A stretch of 62,426 nucleotides of DNA, the filler included, from Dugesia japonica (Eukaryota): NCBI GenBank assembly GCA_001938525.1. It is 6 parts of 6 records of this genome, joined end to end, with 100 filler letters (N's around TTAATTAATTAA, not from the genome) between each part and the next. Parts side by side here need not be neighbours in the genome. Positions count along the whole stretch, not along the records: positions 10,221 to 19,930 come from MQRL01618450.1; positions 20,031 to 31,010 come from MQRL01202033.1; 4 more parts are not named here. The stretch is one strand, 5' to 3'. A program made the translations under genes and the position numbers. Shown piece after piece: positions 12,753 through 24,257 of this stretch (within the stretch, counting starts at the first letter, position 1; each line of letters begins with the position of its first letter). Below the pieces are notes generated by a model. That model was not told where the DNA came from, did no database searches, and was given only the letters and a program-made list of their open reading frames with translations.

Positions 12753-13103
12753 TCAATCAGCGTCCAAATCTACGGTTGGTTCTGGCAGATCATTTGGTTG
12801 CTCGGGTGCTCGGTAGTTCAACCTGAGAGTTTGCTAGGTCACAAACATCGAACTCTCCCTATCGGCGTACGTTTTAATGACATCGGCCATTAACCAGTTT
12901 GGGGGCTGAAGGGACAGTTCCTTTTCCTTGATTTGATTGTATTTAGTGGTAGCTTTCATTACTTGTCCCTTCAGCCGCAGATCTTCATATTTTAATTCTC
13001 TCCGTTTCTCAGCCAATCGTTGATGCATTTCAGTCATCTCCCTTCTCGTTATCTTTTCTTCGTTAGCTTTGTTCACTATAAAAAACAACAAAATTAATAT
13101 CAT
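12753..13103 (-). pseudogene. Coiled-coil ORF B, copy 2 (one internal stop)
   Basis: ORF 12834-13103 reads through TAG into QTLRLNYRAPEQPNDLPEPTVDLDAD*; homologous to 8270-8560. Confidence 0.65.
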
Positions 13104-13394
13104 CAGTCATAATTTACTTATCNNAAATTGAACTATAATGAATTTATAATCAGAAACATAATTAAAATTTAGTCGTCGTCCATGGAAAATTTCTTCGAAC
13201 GCTAACTATTTACTTTGAATTTTGTTGTACATCTGTAAACTAAAGTTATTTTAATACTTTTATTTTTATTATTGCCTATGCAGATATCGGAATTAACAAC
13301 CGTAACGTGACATATAAAATCATTACTACAATCATTACAATCATTTCTTTTATCAACTCAAAGAAAGTAAAACAAATTCTGACACATGGAACAT

Positions 13395-13863
13395 TTATTG
13401 ATAATTTACTGACATGGATTCCCCCTTCACAATCAGGGGAAGTTGCACATTCTCCGGTTCGATAACCATCTTAGGTGTCATTAACAGAAGCTGATTTTCG
13501 AGTTGCTCCAGAGTCTCTCTGCTCTCCATCTGTTGTACGATCAACTTATTGGTGTTCTCTTTCATCTCAGTCAGTCCTATCCTAAGTCGTTCATTTTCCT
13601 GGCAGCTGAGCTGCAGAGCGGCCTGAGTATGCAACAATTGCTGTTCCACGATCCTGAACTTCTCGACCAGCTTCCCTCCTTTACTGAGCAGATCGGTTTT
13701 CTCCTTTTCGTATTTTGTCCGCTGCGCTGTTAACAGCTCTACCGTATTTTTTCAGGGAACCCAGAACGTTTCTTCCTCTCCATAATTTGTGAGCACCAAC
13801 GGTATGTGCGGCTGATAGTATTCCATCATTCTTTCTGGCAAATAAATTTATCAAATTTTGCAT
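13395..13863 (-). pseudogene. Coiled-coil ORF A, copy 2 (frameshifted)
   Basis: ORFs 13681-13899 and 13395-13649; heptad-rich; weak similarity to copy 1 (EKFRIV vs RKFEIV). Confidence 0.5.
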
Positions 13864-13920
13864 TTCAACATCAAATACAATAAACAAAAAATAGAACAAG
13901 ATTTTAATGAATAAAGCGTA

Positions 13921-14043
13921 TCTTCGGCCTTTGGCCTATCTGCTCTAGTAACCCGCTCCTAGCATGCAAACCGGAGAAGGTGACGATCTGAAATCATCAC
14001 CTTTTCTCGTTTTCATAATTTCAGAGCTCTCAGAAGACATGCT
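13921..14043. ncRNA. Candidate structured RNA, copy 2 (pseudoknot)
   Basis: GGCC-TTT-GGCC hairpin; long hairpin 13968-14012; pairs GCTC/GAGC (13955/14024), AGCATG/CATGCT (13961/14038) and TCTTC/GAAGA (13921/14033). Confidence 0.55.
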
Positions 14044-15891
14044 TAAGAAAAAATCCAACCCTATGATCACCTTTATCCCACCGCATTAGATGAGGCCTTC
14101 AGTAAACTACATCAATTTTCATAAATATAAAGAGTTTAGATTTCTCGAGAAAACTTCCCGGGTAACAATACTGCTCGTTAAACATTAATCGACGCAATTC
14201 GATTATTTCTGATAGACAGATCATTGCAATTCTCTCAGTTGTTCTTTATTGAACCTTAATAACAGCATCTTGGCATTCACTGGTGGATTCGCTTTCCTCC
14301 GATCACTCTCATCGAACACGAATCAAAGAATTTCAGTTTTGTTTTGTGGATTTGCTTCTCTCCAATTATTCTCATTACCTCCATTAAAGTATCTCGGTAC
14401 CTCAGTCATCTCATACAAAGGGAGCACGATTCATCCCAGTCGGGGCACTCAACATCATTGGATTTTATATAATAAAATTTAAAAATTATGGCATTTGAAG
14501 ATGTACATATTTAAAATTTACTTTCGGGGTTTGTGTAGATAGCCTTGGATCGTTTCCACAATATTTTTGCTTGCTCCGATATAGGGTAATTCAATTAACT
14601 ATTTATTATCTTAACCAAGTTGAAGTAGGAAAAACTTTATTCAAATTTAATTTTCGCAAAAATAATAAAAATTAAGCAGATACAAAAGTGTTGTTTTCTC
14701 TTCGGGTAGCTGGTTTTAATTGAGAATGTTGAGACGACAAAACCGGCTCCCGATTAGCCAACTAATGATACATAACTTTGTGGGAATCCGATTTCCCGAT
14801 TGGTGAAGTTGGTGTGCATTCCTCTCTTCCTAATTTTTAACAATTTTGGTGCACACCAAATTTTTGGACTAAACTTTATTTTTCAGTCACCTCGCGTGAC
14901 CTCTGAATCCTTTCAGTTATCTCCATGCGACTTCCTTGTCTGGTTTAAGGTGAATCACGGATGCTGTTATTAAATTTGAACTTAATTCACCCTAACCAGA
15001 CAATGAATGGACCAAATTATATCTCTAATTAAGAGATAATTAAATAATATTAAACGCTGAAAAACGTTATTATAGTAATGAAATTGGGTCGCAGAGACCC
15101 TTTTAATAACTTATTGTATATTATTTTTATTATTTAATTTTTATTGTCTTTCTTTGCATCTACTTTTCATTTTTTACCACCGAAATTGGGTCTTCTACGC
15201 CCGATTTTCATTTTCTCGATAGTTTCAAAATCCGTCATAATGATTATAATAATAATAATTACATAATAATANNNNNNNNNNNNNNNNNNNNNNNNNNNNN
15301 NNNNNTGATAATATTTTCGGGTCCAGCTCATCAATTTTGTGTCTACTCTTCATTATTTTACACATTTTACTATTCTTTATTCCTTCGACAAAATTTGTGT
15401 TCTAGCCAAACAATTATAATTAAAATTATTATTCTTATTATTGTNNNNNNNNNNNNNNNNNNNNNNNNNNNNNNNNNNNNNNNNNNNNNNNNNNNNNNNN
15501 NNNNNNNNNNNNNNNNNNNNNNNNNNNNNNNNNNNNNNNNNNNNNNNNNNNNNNNNNNNNNNNNNNNNNNNNNNNNNNNNNNNNNNNNNNNNNNNNNNNN
15601 NNNNNNNNNNNNCTATAGTTAATTGAATTATTTTACCAATCCCTCTGATTTTTTTATTACTCGAATAATTTCTTAAATCGTGAATGTCTTCATATTTGAT
15701 TGAAATATCATTTAATCAATTCAAAATTCCTCAATTATACTAAAGTGTAAATTTCAGGAAGCATTGCATTAAATAAAATTATTATAAGCATAATTCATGA
15801 AAAGAGGACCACTAGAAATCAATATCAAATCCTTCAATTTACGAAAATTTCAGTATAAAACTAACTGTAAATTCACAACATTTAATAAATA

Positions 15892-17415
15892 ATGCATATC
15901 TTTTTATTGACAGTTTTACTGGTAATATATCAGTTAAATGAAATACAAACAATTGTGATGACAAACCAAATCAATGACGTTTTGAAATCCACCGTCAATA
16001 ACATTTACCAAAATAAAGATGTGAATAACATTGACAACTATAGAAATAATAATTCCAGCCTGAATAGTAATTCCGAAAATTTCAATTCCACAAACAATAA
16101 TAATTTCAAAAGTTCCAATTCAACAAACAATATTAATTCCAGAATGGTCAATTCAACAGACAATAATTATTCCAAAAATATAAATTCAACAGATAATCTT
16201 AATTCTAAAATAGTCAATCCAATTGACAATAATAATTCCAAAAGTGTAAATTTAACAGACAATATTAATTCCAAAATAGTCAATTCAAGAAGCAATATTG
16301 ATTTCAAAAGTTCCAATTCAACAGATAATCTTAATTCTAAAATAGTTAATTCAATTGATAATAATAATTCCAAAAGTTTAAATTTAACCAACAATATTAA
16401 TTCCAAAATTTACAATTCAACAGATAATATTAATTCCATAATGTTCAATTCAACAGACAATATATATTCCAAAAATATAAATTCAACAGGTAATAATAAT
16501 TCTAAAATAGTCAATTCAATTGAAAATAATAATTCAAAAAGTGTAAATTTAACAAACAATATTGATTCCAAAAGTTCTAATACAACAGATAATATTAAAT
16601 CTAAAATAGTCAATCCAATTGACAATAATAATTCCAAAAGTGTAAATTTAACAAACAATAATTATTCCAAAATAGTCAATTCAACAGATAATATTAATTC
16701 TAAAAAAGTCAATTCAATTGACAATAATAATTCCAAAAGTTCCAATTCAACAAACAATATTAATTCCAAAATTTACAATTCGACAGATAATATTAATTCC
16801 AGAATGGTCAATTCAACAGACAAGAATTATTCCAAAAATATAAATTCAACAGATAATCTTAATTCTAAAATAGTTAATTCAATTGATAATAATAATTCCA
16901 AAAGTGTAAATTTAACAAACAATATTGATTCCAAAAGTTCTAATACAACAGATAATATTAATTCTAATTCCAAAAATCCTTATTCCATGGACAATAATAA
17001 TACTAAAAACTTAAATTCTAAAGTCAAAGTTAATTGCACAAATTTCAATTTCAAAGACAATAAAACTTCTATTTCAAAACACGACGATAATTCTAAAAAT
17101 TTGAATTCGAAACACAAAAATAATTTCTTAAATAGCACTTCTAAGGATAAAGATAATTCCAAAGACAAAAATACCTCAAAAATCCTTAATTCTATCAACA
17201 ATATTATGACTAAAAATATCAAGTCTTTAAGCAATTATAATTCCAAAAATCTTAAATCCAAAGATAAAAAGAATTCCAAAAACCTAAATTCCAAGGGCAT
17301 TAATAATACTAAAATTTTCAAGTCTATAGTTAAAAATAGGTGTTTCAATTTCAAACACGACAATAATTACAAGTTCCTGTATTTGGCAATCAAATTGAAA
17401 TTAAACCAAAAATAA
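15892..17415 (+). CDS. Secreted Asn/Ser-rich tandem-repeat (mucin-like) glycoprotein, 507 aa, intronless
   Basis: Hydrophobic signal peptide (MHIFLLTVLLVIYQL); roughly 27 copies of an 11-aa unit (NSKIVNSTDNI-like) with many NxS/T sequons; basic C-terminus; TATAAAA about 37 nt upstream and AATAAA at the stop. The frame stays open for 1.5 kb in very AT-rich DNA. Confidence 0.75.
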   Translation: MHIFLLTVLLVIYQLNEIQTIVMTNQINDVLKSTVNNIYQNKDVNNIDNYRNNNSSLNSNSENFNSTNNNNFKSSNSTNNINSRMVNSTDNNYSKNINSTDNLNSKIVNPIDNNNSKSVNLTDNINSKIVNSRSNIDFKSSNSTDNLNSKIVNSIDNNNSKSLNLTNNINSKIYNSTDNINSIMFNSTDNIYSKNINSTGNNNSKIVNSIENNNSKSVNLTNNIDSKSSNTTDNIKSKIVNPIDNNNSKSVNLTNNNYSKIVNSTDNINSKKVNSIDNNNSKSSNSTNNINSKIYNSTDNINSRMVNSTDKNYSKNINSTDNLNSKIVNSIDNNNSKSVNLTNNIDSKSSNTTDNINSNSKNPYSMDNNNTKNLNSKVKVNCTNFNFKDNKTSISKHDDNSKNLNSKHKNNFLNSTSKDKDNSKDKNTSKILNSINNIMTKNIKSLSNYNSKNLKSKDKKNSKNLNSKGINNTKIFKSIVKNRCFNFKHDNNYKFLYLAIKLKLNQK

Positions 17416-19197
17416 TAAATACATTTAAATCTACAGTCTGAAATCAAGCTTCAAAGTAATATACCTACAAAAAAACAATCAATCATTTTATTTATCATTC
17501 TATTCGAAACGAATGTTTTAGTAAAATAATTATATTTTAACGAAATTTTATATTTGTTGTATTAATAGTATAAAAACTTTGGAATTCATACATTTTGTGA
17601 AATAAAATGTTTCTTTTCAAAATTCAAGAATCAAAATATTCCTATATTGTTATATATTACGACACAGTCTTCGTTAAAAACGATTGTTCAATTTATTCTA
17701 GAAATGTAAAATATTAATTAATCGACAAATTCGATTGGAATCAATTCTTATTGGTTAAGAATTTACAATAATTAGCAAATAAATTGAAATGGTTTACAGT
17801 TAAATTGTACAAATATTAAAATAATTGTTTTTTTCATTTATCTAAATTTTTTATCAAATCAATTATCTTCATTTTCAATCGAAATATTTTACTATGACTT
17901 TTTATTTCGAAATTAATCAGTAATATGATGAATATATACCTCCGGATCATCTAAACCTTCCTAAAATAAATAAGGAAATTATTTATTAAGCCAAAATTTA
18001 TTATCAAGCGTTATAAGTAAAAATTTACAGTGGAAATAAATATTACATTTAAGTACAATTTATCTATCCAAAAATTTACAAACACGATATAAGTAAATTT
18101 CAAATTCACTTACAATATGAATTTTCGATTATGCTACAAAAATTACTGTTGAAATCTATATTAATTATTTTTAATCTATTGCTTTAAAAATTCGCCTATC
18201 TTAAAAAAATTTCGCAATATTAAAGCAACTAAAATTTTCTTTTTCCTGATATTATATTTATAAGTAATATGAAATTTTATTTACTGTGAAAAATTGTCAA
18301 AAGTAACTCACAATTATGTTGCAAGCTTCAATTACATACGAATTTGGTTTTAATTTTCATGTGTAAAATTAAAAAGATTTTTTTAAATTTTAATAGTTAA
18401 ACGAATTTACAAGGATTGTCTTTTTTTAACGGAATAATTCAGAGCTTTAAAAATGAGAAAATTTATTGAATAATTAATTAAGTCAATGATTGAATTTTTA
18501 GCATAGATTATTTTAATAAGAAAATAAAGTAACTACTCTCTTATCCACCAAGCTCCAATAACTGTCAATTTTAATGAAGAAATTAATAAAGAAATAAATT
18601 TTTTACTGGATTTTTAAAAAAAAATTTCATTATTTTTTACTCTAAAAGCCGCCAATTTCTAGAAACCGCTACCTTTTTTCACAGTCTAGTTTTTGGCGGA
18701 TAATAAAGTAGTTACTGTATTATAAATAATTTTTATAAGATGCATTCAATGGAAACAATTTCAACAATTTCAAACAATATTTTATTATTTTCATTCATAA
18801 CGATTCATAATAATGATATTTTAATTATAAAATAACATTACCTTTTCATTTCAAATGAGCAGGAATAAGTAATTCCTAATTAGTAACTTTTGATTTATTA
18901 AAGACATAATGGTGGTAGTAATATTATTGATCTAAATTAATGATGATAACAATTAATAATGATAACAATTACCGATGATAATAATTTATTGGGCGACAGA
19001 GTTAAACATTAATAATCATAAGATTTTTTGTTTGATAGCGGATAAATATTGGAAATAATAATCTTTTTAATGAACTCCAGTTATTCAATAAGTAATCAGT
19101 AATGATTGAATTAATGACAATTCGTAATGATATAAGTGGATAATGATTAATAATAAATCATGGTAGTAATGTCTAATTAATTACAATAAAGTATATT

Positions 19198-19930
19198 AGT
19201 AGTGAGACATGTCCGCACTGAACCTCCACTTTTTCGAACCCCCCTCCCCCCCTGTTACTAAAAATAGATTTTTATCTTTTTTTTTAATCTTTTTTTTAAT
19301 NNNNNNNNNNNNNNNNNNNNNNNNNNNNNNNNNNNNNNNNNNNNNNNNNNNNNNNNNNNNNNNNNNNNNNNNNNNNNNNNNNNNNNNNNNNNNNNNNNNN
19401 NNNNNNNNNNNNNNNNNNNNNNNNNNNNNNNNNNNNNNNNNNNCGTCCTAAAATAAAAAAGTAAGATAGGAATGTCTCATGAACGTGTATCCTAAAATGC
19501 TTCCTTCTGGTTGAAAATTAGTAACAAAGTTTTTTTTACCGTAAAGTTTGTTTTTAACAAAAATTTTTAAAAAAAATTTTTTAGCGTATATTTTTACGAA
19601 AGTTTTTTTTATGTGTAGATGTAAAATTAAAAAGTAAGATAGGAATGTCTCATGAACTTGTATCCTAAAATGCTTCCTTCTGGTTGAAAATTAGTAACAA
19701 AGTTTTTTTTTTACCGTAAAGTTTATTTTTAACAAAAATTTTTTAGCGTATATTTTTTTTAACAAGAAAAATTTTTTAACAAGAAAATTTTATTTTTTTT
19801 TACTTGAAAATTTTTTAACAAGAAAATTGTTTTTTTAACAAGAAAATTTTTAAACAAATTTTTTTTTTCATTTATAATTTAATCAATATGTCTGCATCAA
19901 TAATTTATTTCCACATTTGACTGTGAATCA
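19198..19930 (+). mobile_element. Probable Polinton/Maverick terminal inverted repeat, with an internal duplication (period about 173 bp)
   Basis: Starts AGTAGTGAGAC (AGT-repeat terminus typical of Polintons), then a C-rich tract. The block AAAAAGTAAGATAGGAATGTCTCATGAAC... occurs at about 19456 and about 19629. Confidence 0.4.
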
Positions 19931-20030
19931 NNNNNNNNNNNNNNNNNNNNNNNNNNNNNNNNNNNNNNNNNNNNTTAATTAATTAANNNNNNNNNNNNNN
20001 NNNNNNNNNNNNNNNNNNNNNNNNNNNNNN

Positions 20031-20639
20031 ATATATATATATATATATTTATAAACTATATAGTCGATCTATTTAAAAAAATCAAAGATTTACTTTTACA
20101 AAATATGTAATTCAATACTAGATTTCTTTACAAAACTTTATTTTATACACGTCAAGATTTTTAACATTTTTGTTGTGGATTTCAGAAGGTCCAAACAATT
20201 TTCGGTTTTAAAAGAAAAGGTGATCAACTAAAATTTTGATCACTATTTATACAATTACGACATGTATGATTTTAATACAAAATTTTACAAGATAAATAAA
20301 TTTACATAAATATTTCCGTTGGTTACATAAAATATCATAAAAATTCCATTATTACAGATAAATTATATATAAAAATTTTCCATTAGTTATTTATTAATCG
20401 ATAATTTCAGTAATTTACAAATTATATATAATTGTTTGTTGATTATTCATGACTTCAATAAATAATTGAGTTGATTGATTGCTTGAATTGATTGATTGAC
20501 TGAGTTGGTTGATTGGGATGCTGGACGTTCTGATTGTTATTTGCTCATACTTGTTTTGTATATTACTTGTGTATATTGTGTATGTATGTGAATGTCAAAT
20601 AGCTTTAACTTTGTTAATTGATTTTAATTTTTTTCAACA
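20031..20639 (-). repeat. LTR-like repeat in minus orientation (inverted copy of 30244-31010), truncated at an (AT)n tract at the contig end
   Basis: 20031-20370 is the exact reverse complement of 30671-31010. 20467-20636 matches 30246-30416 with few substitutions. The minus strand begins TGTTGA at 20639. Confidence 0.85.
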
Positions 20640-20641
20640 TA

Positions 20642-20734
20642 ATGAAGAAAATATTATACAAACAGCATGGTGGCTTCCTCGCTGCATTACTACCTATTGC
20701 ATTGGCTGCATTAGGTCTAACAAATTTTGCATAG
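20642..20734 (+). pseudogene. C-terminal part of a Polinton/adintovirus pX-like virion peptide
   Basis: MKKILYKQHGGFLAALLPIALAALGLTNFA*: basic stretch, then a GG|F adenain-type cleavage site and a hydrophobic tail. Lies directly upstream of a Polinton integrase. Confidence 0.6.
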
Positions 20735-20821
20735 GCATTATATATATAATTTGATATAAGCAATGGAAAATTTAGAATAATTAACCTATAATTAATCTAC
20801 AATTTGCATCAAATTGTTGTA

Positions 20822-21618
20822 ATGGACAAAACCGAGATAATGTGGACAGATCCAAAAAATCCAGCAGGATTCAAAGGAGTGGGAAAGTTATGGAAAGCAA
20901 CACAAAATTCGAAAGAACAAGGCACAAAAGTGACTATTTGGTCAACTAGCGTATAGTCGAAACAAACCAATGTTCAAAAGATCTCCAACAAGAGCGTATA
21001 AAACATTTGGTATTGACGATTTATGACAAATAGATTTGATGGAAATGATACCTTATTAAAAAATTAATAGAGGTTACAAGTACATTTTAACATGTATCGA
21101 CGTGTTTAGCTGATTTTAATCGAATATTGAAAGATGCATTGAAAAAGTACTTTGTGCATACTGGAAATAAAACATGGATACATGTGTTACCAAAAATAAT
21201 TCATAGCTGTAATCATACAAGTCATAATGGATTAAATGGAGCCAGACCTGTAGATGTATCATCTGAAAATTCAAAGAAATTATGGTTATTGAAACAAAAA
21301 CCGAATGTAATTAAAAAACCAAAATATAAAGTTGGTGATCATTCACCATTCATCAAGAATTTTGATAGTAATTGGAGTGATGAAGTGTTTCAAATATCGA
21401 AAATCAATACCAAACAGAATCNNNNNATGTATGTGATTAAAGACTATGAAGATAATATCATTCAAGGAAAATTCTATGAACAAGAATTACAAGTAATTCC
21501 ACCACCAATAGTATTTAGAATAGAAAGGATTATAAAATCAAAGAAAACAAAAGATGATAAACAATTATATGTAAAATGGCATGGATACGAAAAACTTACT
21601 TGGATATCAACATCTTAA
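20822..21618 (+). pseudogene. Polinton/Maverick retroviral-like integrase with C-terminal chromodomain, internally deleted
   Basis: WTDPKNPAGFKGVGKLWK; DDL*QIDLMEM..NRGYKYILTCIDVFS joined directly to NRILKDAL..YF..TGNKTWIHVLPKII; KPKYKVGD; NWSDEVFQI; IQGKFYEQELQ; chromodomain FRIERIIK..LYVKWHGY..TWI. Confidence 0.85.
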
Positions 21619-21644
21619 ATAGTAAATTCAACAAAGAAGAAAAT

Positions 21645-21710
21645 ATGAGTAAAACGAATAATTTCTATACACTATTACCGAGTAATAGTTGTCCACTTAT
21701 TTATCCGGAG
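21645..21710 (+). pseudogene. N-terminal 22 codons of a Polinton minor capsid (penton) protein, fused in frame to the glycoprotein
   Basis: MSKTNNFYTLLPSNSCPLIYPE resembles the FYxTLPSNS..xxxPxN start of Polinton pentons and follows the integrase. Confidence 0.55.
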
Positions 21711-23365
21711 AGTATGCAGAGAGAATGTATTGTTAAATATTCGGAGGAAGTGTTCTATTGTGATAGTTCTCAGGTAGTACCGTTAGTACCAAGTTGGTCA
21801 CCAGAAGCAGTAAATATATCAGCTGAAGATATCGATAAAACGTTTGAAAACAAAGAAATAATAGTACGCGAAAAAGTTAAATTAGAAGCGAGAATTGGAG
21901 TGAAAGTAAGACAATCAAAAGATATAGTCGGATGGGAATCCGGAGGAGGATGGTGCAAATGAGGTAAATACTATCTATGGGGGAAAAAAGGAGTGATTTA
22001 GTAGTAAGACGGATGTATTATGTAGAATTGAGGAAATTTAAAGCTTCATTCGATTCAGTTACCGGAAAAATGATGACTCATCCTTTTTGCAATTTACAAA
22101 ATTTTAATTGTGATACCGGAAAATCTATGTTAACATACAAAGTAAACCCACATGAATGTGCCCTGACAAAACTGAAAACGTTAAAAATGTATTCCATCTC
22201 GGGAAAAAGATTCGCTGAGAACTTGGCAAAAGAAACAAGAGATCAAAAGAGAGAATTAACAGTAATCCAAGAGAAAGCAACTCCTACAATATTTGTAACG
22301 AATTCTTCTAAAGATCTTATGAGATTTATTGACAAAGGAGAAACAATCAAATGTGCAGTAGCAGTAAAGAAAACCAACTATAACGGATTATATATATCTA
22401 CTGAACTTATTAAAGCCTCTAAAGATCAAGTAGATAAATTAGACATCAAACTAGCTTCATATTTTAATAATAAACTTGATTTTGCATACCATAATTTAAT
22501 ATATCAAATGGAAAAATTATATGATGAAACAATATCAAGAGATTGTAAAGTGAATAGAGAATTACTGCGCACAAAAATGGCATTAGCTTCCACTAATCTA
22601 GATTTAATGACTCCACTATTGTTCGAGGAAACGGGAACTTTTAGGAGAATCATGGGTGAAGCATTATTAACCTTTAAATGTAAAATAGCAAAGGTTACGT
22701 TACCAGATCACCCAAAATGTACAAATGAATTGCCGGTAATACATAACAATAAAAAGGTTTTCTTATTACCTATGACACGAATTTTAACTGATGAAAATTA
22801 TAAACCAAAGGTAATCAACAAGTGTAGTAATGTTATAGATCCACTATACAAAATAAATGATGATATTTGGATCACAGCCTCAGATCGTAAAACAGCGAAA
22901 AAGCCTGCTATATTAGAAATGACGGAACTACAGAGAAAAATGATATTTGATAGACAAGACAATATGGAAAATGCTGGTATATATACTCAAGAAGATATAG
23001 AGAAAGCCAGAAAACATGTCTTGTTTCCTATAGAAAGAGAAAAGATAATATCAATTATGATTGACAGAATTAATAAAGGAAGCCAAGGAGATGATATTAA
23101 TTTTGAGTCGCTATTGCATGTAAATCACTACAAAAGAGCCATGCAAGGTTTTATTGATAAATTTTTAGGCAAAGCACAAGCAATCGGTGATATATTTTCG
23201 TTTTTTCTAATAATATACTATGTATCAATTTTATTAAAATTAGCCTGCCATCAATTAATATCATTAAAACAATTACATTCAGTATTTGGCGCTACACGAA
23301 AATTAGCAGCATGCATATGTACATTTATTGCAAAACATTTAATCATGCAAAAANNACCACGATAA
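21711..23365 (+). pseudogene. env: Class III (herpesvirus gB / chuvirus-like) envelope glycoprotein, N-terminally truncated
   Basis: Cys pattern and motifs recalled from chuvirus-type glycoproteins: YFNNKLDF, central helix LYDETISRDCKVNRELL, GEALLTFKC, KCTNELPV..LPMTRIL, CSNVIDPLYKI..W, GIYTQEDIE..HVLFPIER; C-terminal hydrophobic/TM segments. One stop and a frameshift near 21960. Confidence 0.8.
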
Positions 23366-23435
23366 AATCAGCAAACTAGAAAGACAAAATCAAACATACA
23401 CAATTGATCTATCGAACAGAGATGAGAATACATAA

Positions 23436-24257
23436 TTGAACAATTACAATAATAAACCTTATCAATCAGAAACCGATAAACTTAACGAATTAAAATCAAA
23501 CCTTGAAAATGAAAAAGTAATAAGATATCCTGCACCACAAAAATCACACAAGATATATGTAATAAATGGAGACACTCCTAGACCTACCATAATAATATCA
23601 ATACATGGATATAACATACCTTCATTAATAGACACTGAAGAAGCATGCTCAATAATTAAAGAGGTATTTCTCAACAAAAAACCACAAGAGAATCTCGATA
23701 CGAGACTGTCAGAGGAATTAAAATCATTCACGGGTCACAAATTACCTATAAAAGGGATAATAGACTGCAATATTACTATAGAAAATGAAAATATACAACA
23801 ATCATTCCGAGTTGTAGATCAAGGGGTACAAGATTGCATTTTGGGAATGGATTTATTATCAAAATTGACAGGATACGTTATAGATTTACAAAATAATAAA
23901 TTATCAAAATCAGCGCCCGTAAATAATGAAAAAGCAAATAACGATTTATATCTGAAGTCCAACGCAAAAATAGAATATTCATGCAAATGTATAATGCCTG
24001 TAAAATTAGGGTTCCGTAGTGAAAATATTTATTTTTTCGAACCAAATAATCAATTAGAGAAAAAATTCAATATATCAATAGTACCCAGATGTTTTGTACC
24101 AAATGAGGGAAACATGCCCATAAGAATTGCTAATTATAATAATCAAGACGTTAATCTTCTTCCAGGTATGAAATTAGGAAACCTTTATGTAAAAAACGAG
24201 GATTGTGAAATAAACAAAATTACAATTAATGATAGTAAAAGAAACACTAATCTATGA
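23436..24257 (+). pseudogene. Retroviral-type aspartic protease plus dUTPase-like linker domain
   Basis: SLIDTEEACSII (DTG decayed to DTE), LKSFTGHKLPIKG, DCILGMDLL; then IRIANYNNQDVNLLPGMKLG. Confidence 0.8.

Noticed and set aside
16167-17234. Leu/Glu-rich minus-strand ORFs
   Set aside because: Antisense shadows of the Asn-rich repeat gene.
20509-20754. Hydrophobic ORFs 20509-20754 and 30201-30383 that look like a duplicated membrane protein
   Set aside because: Translations of low-complexity LTR sequence with TTG starts; they are shared only because the repeat is duplicated.
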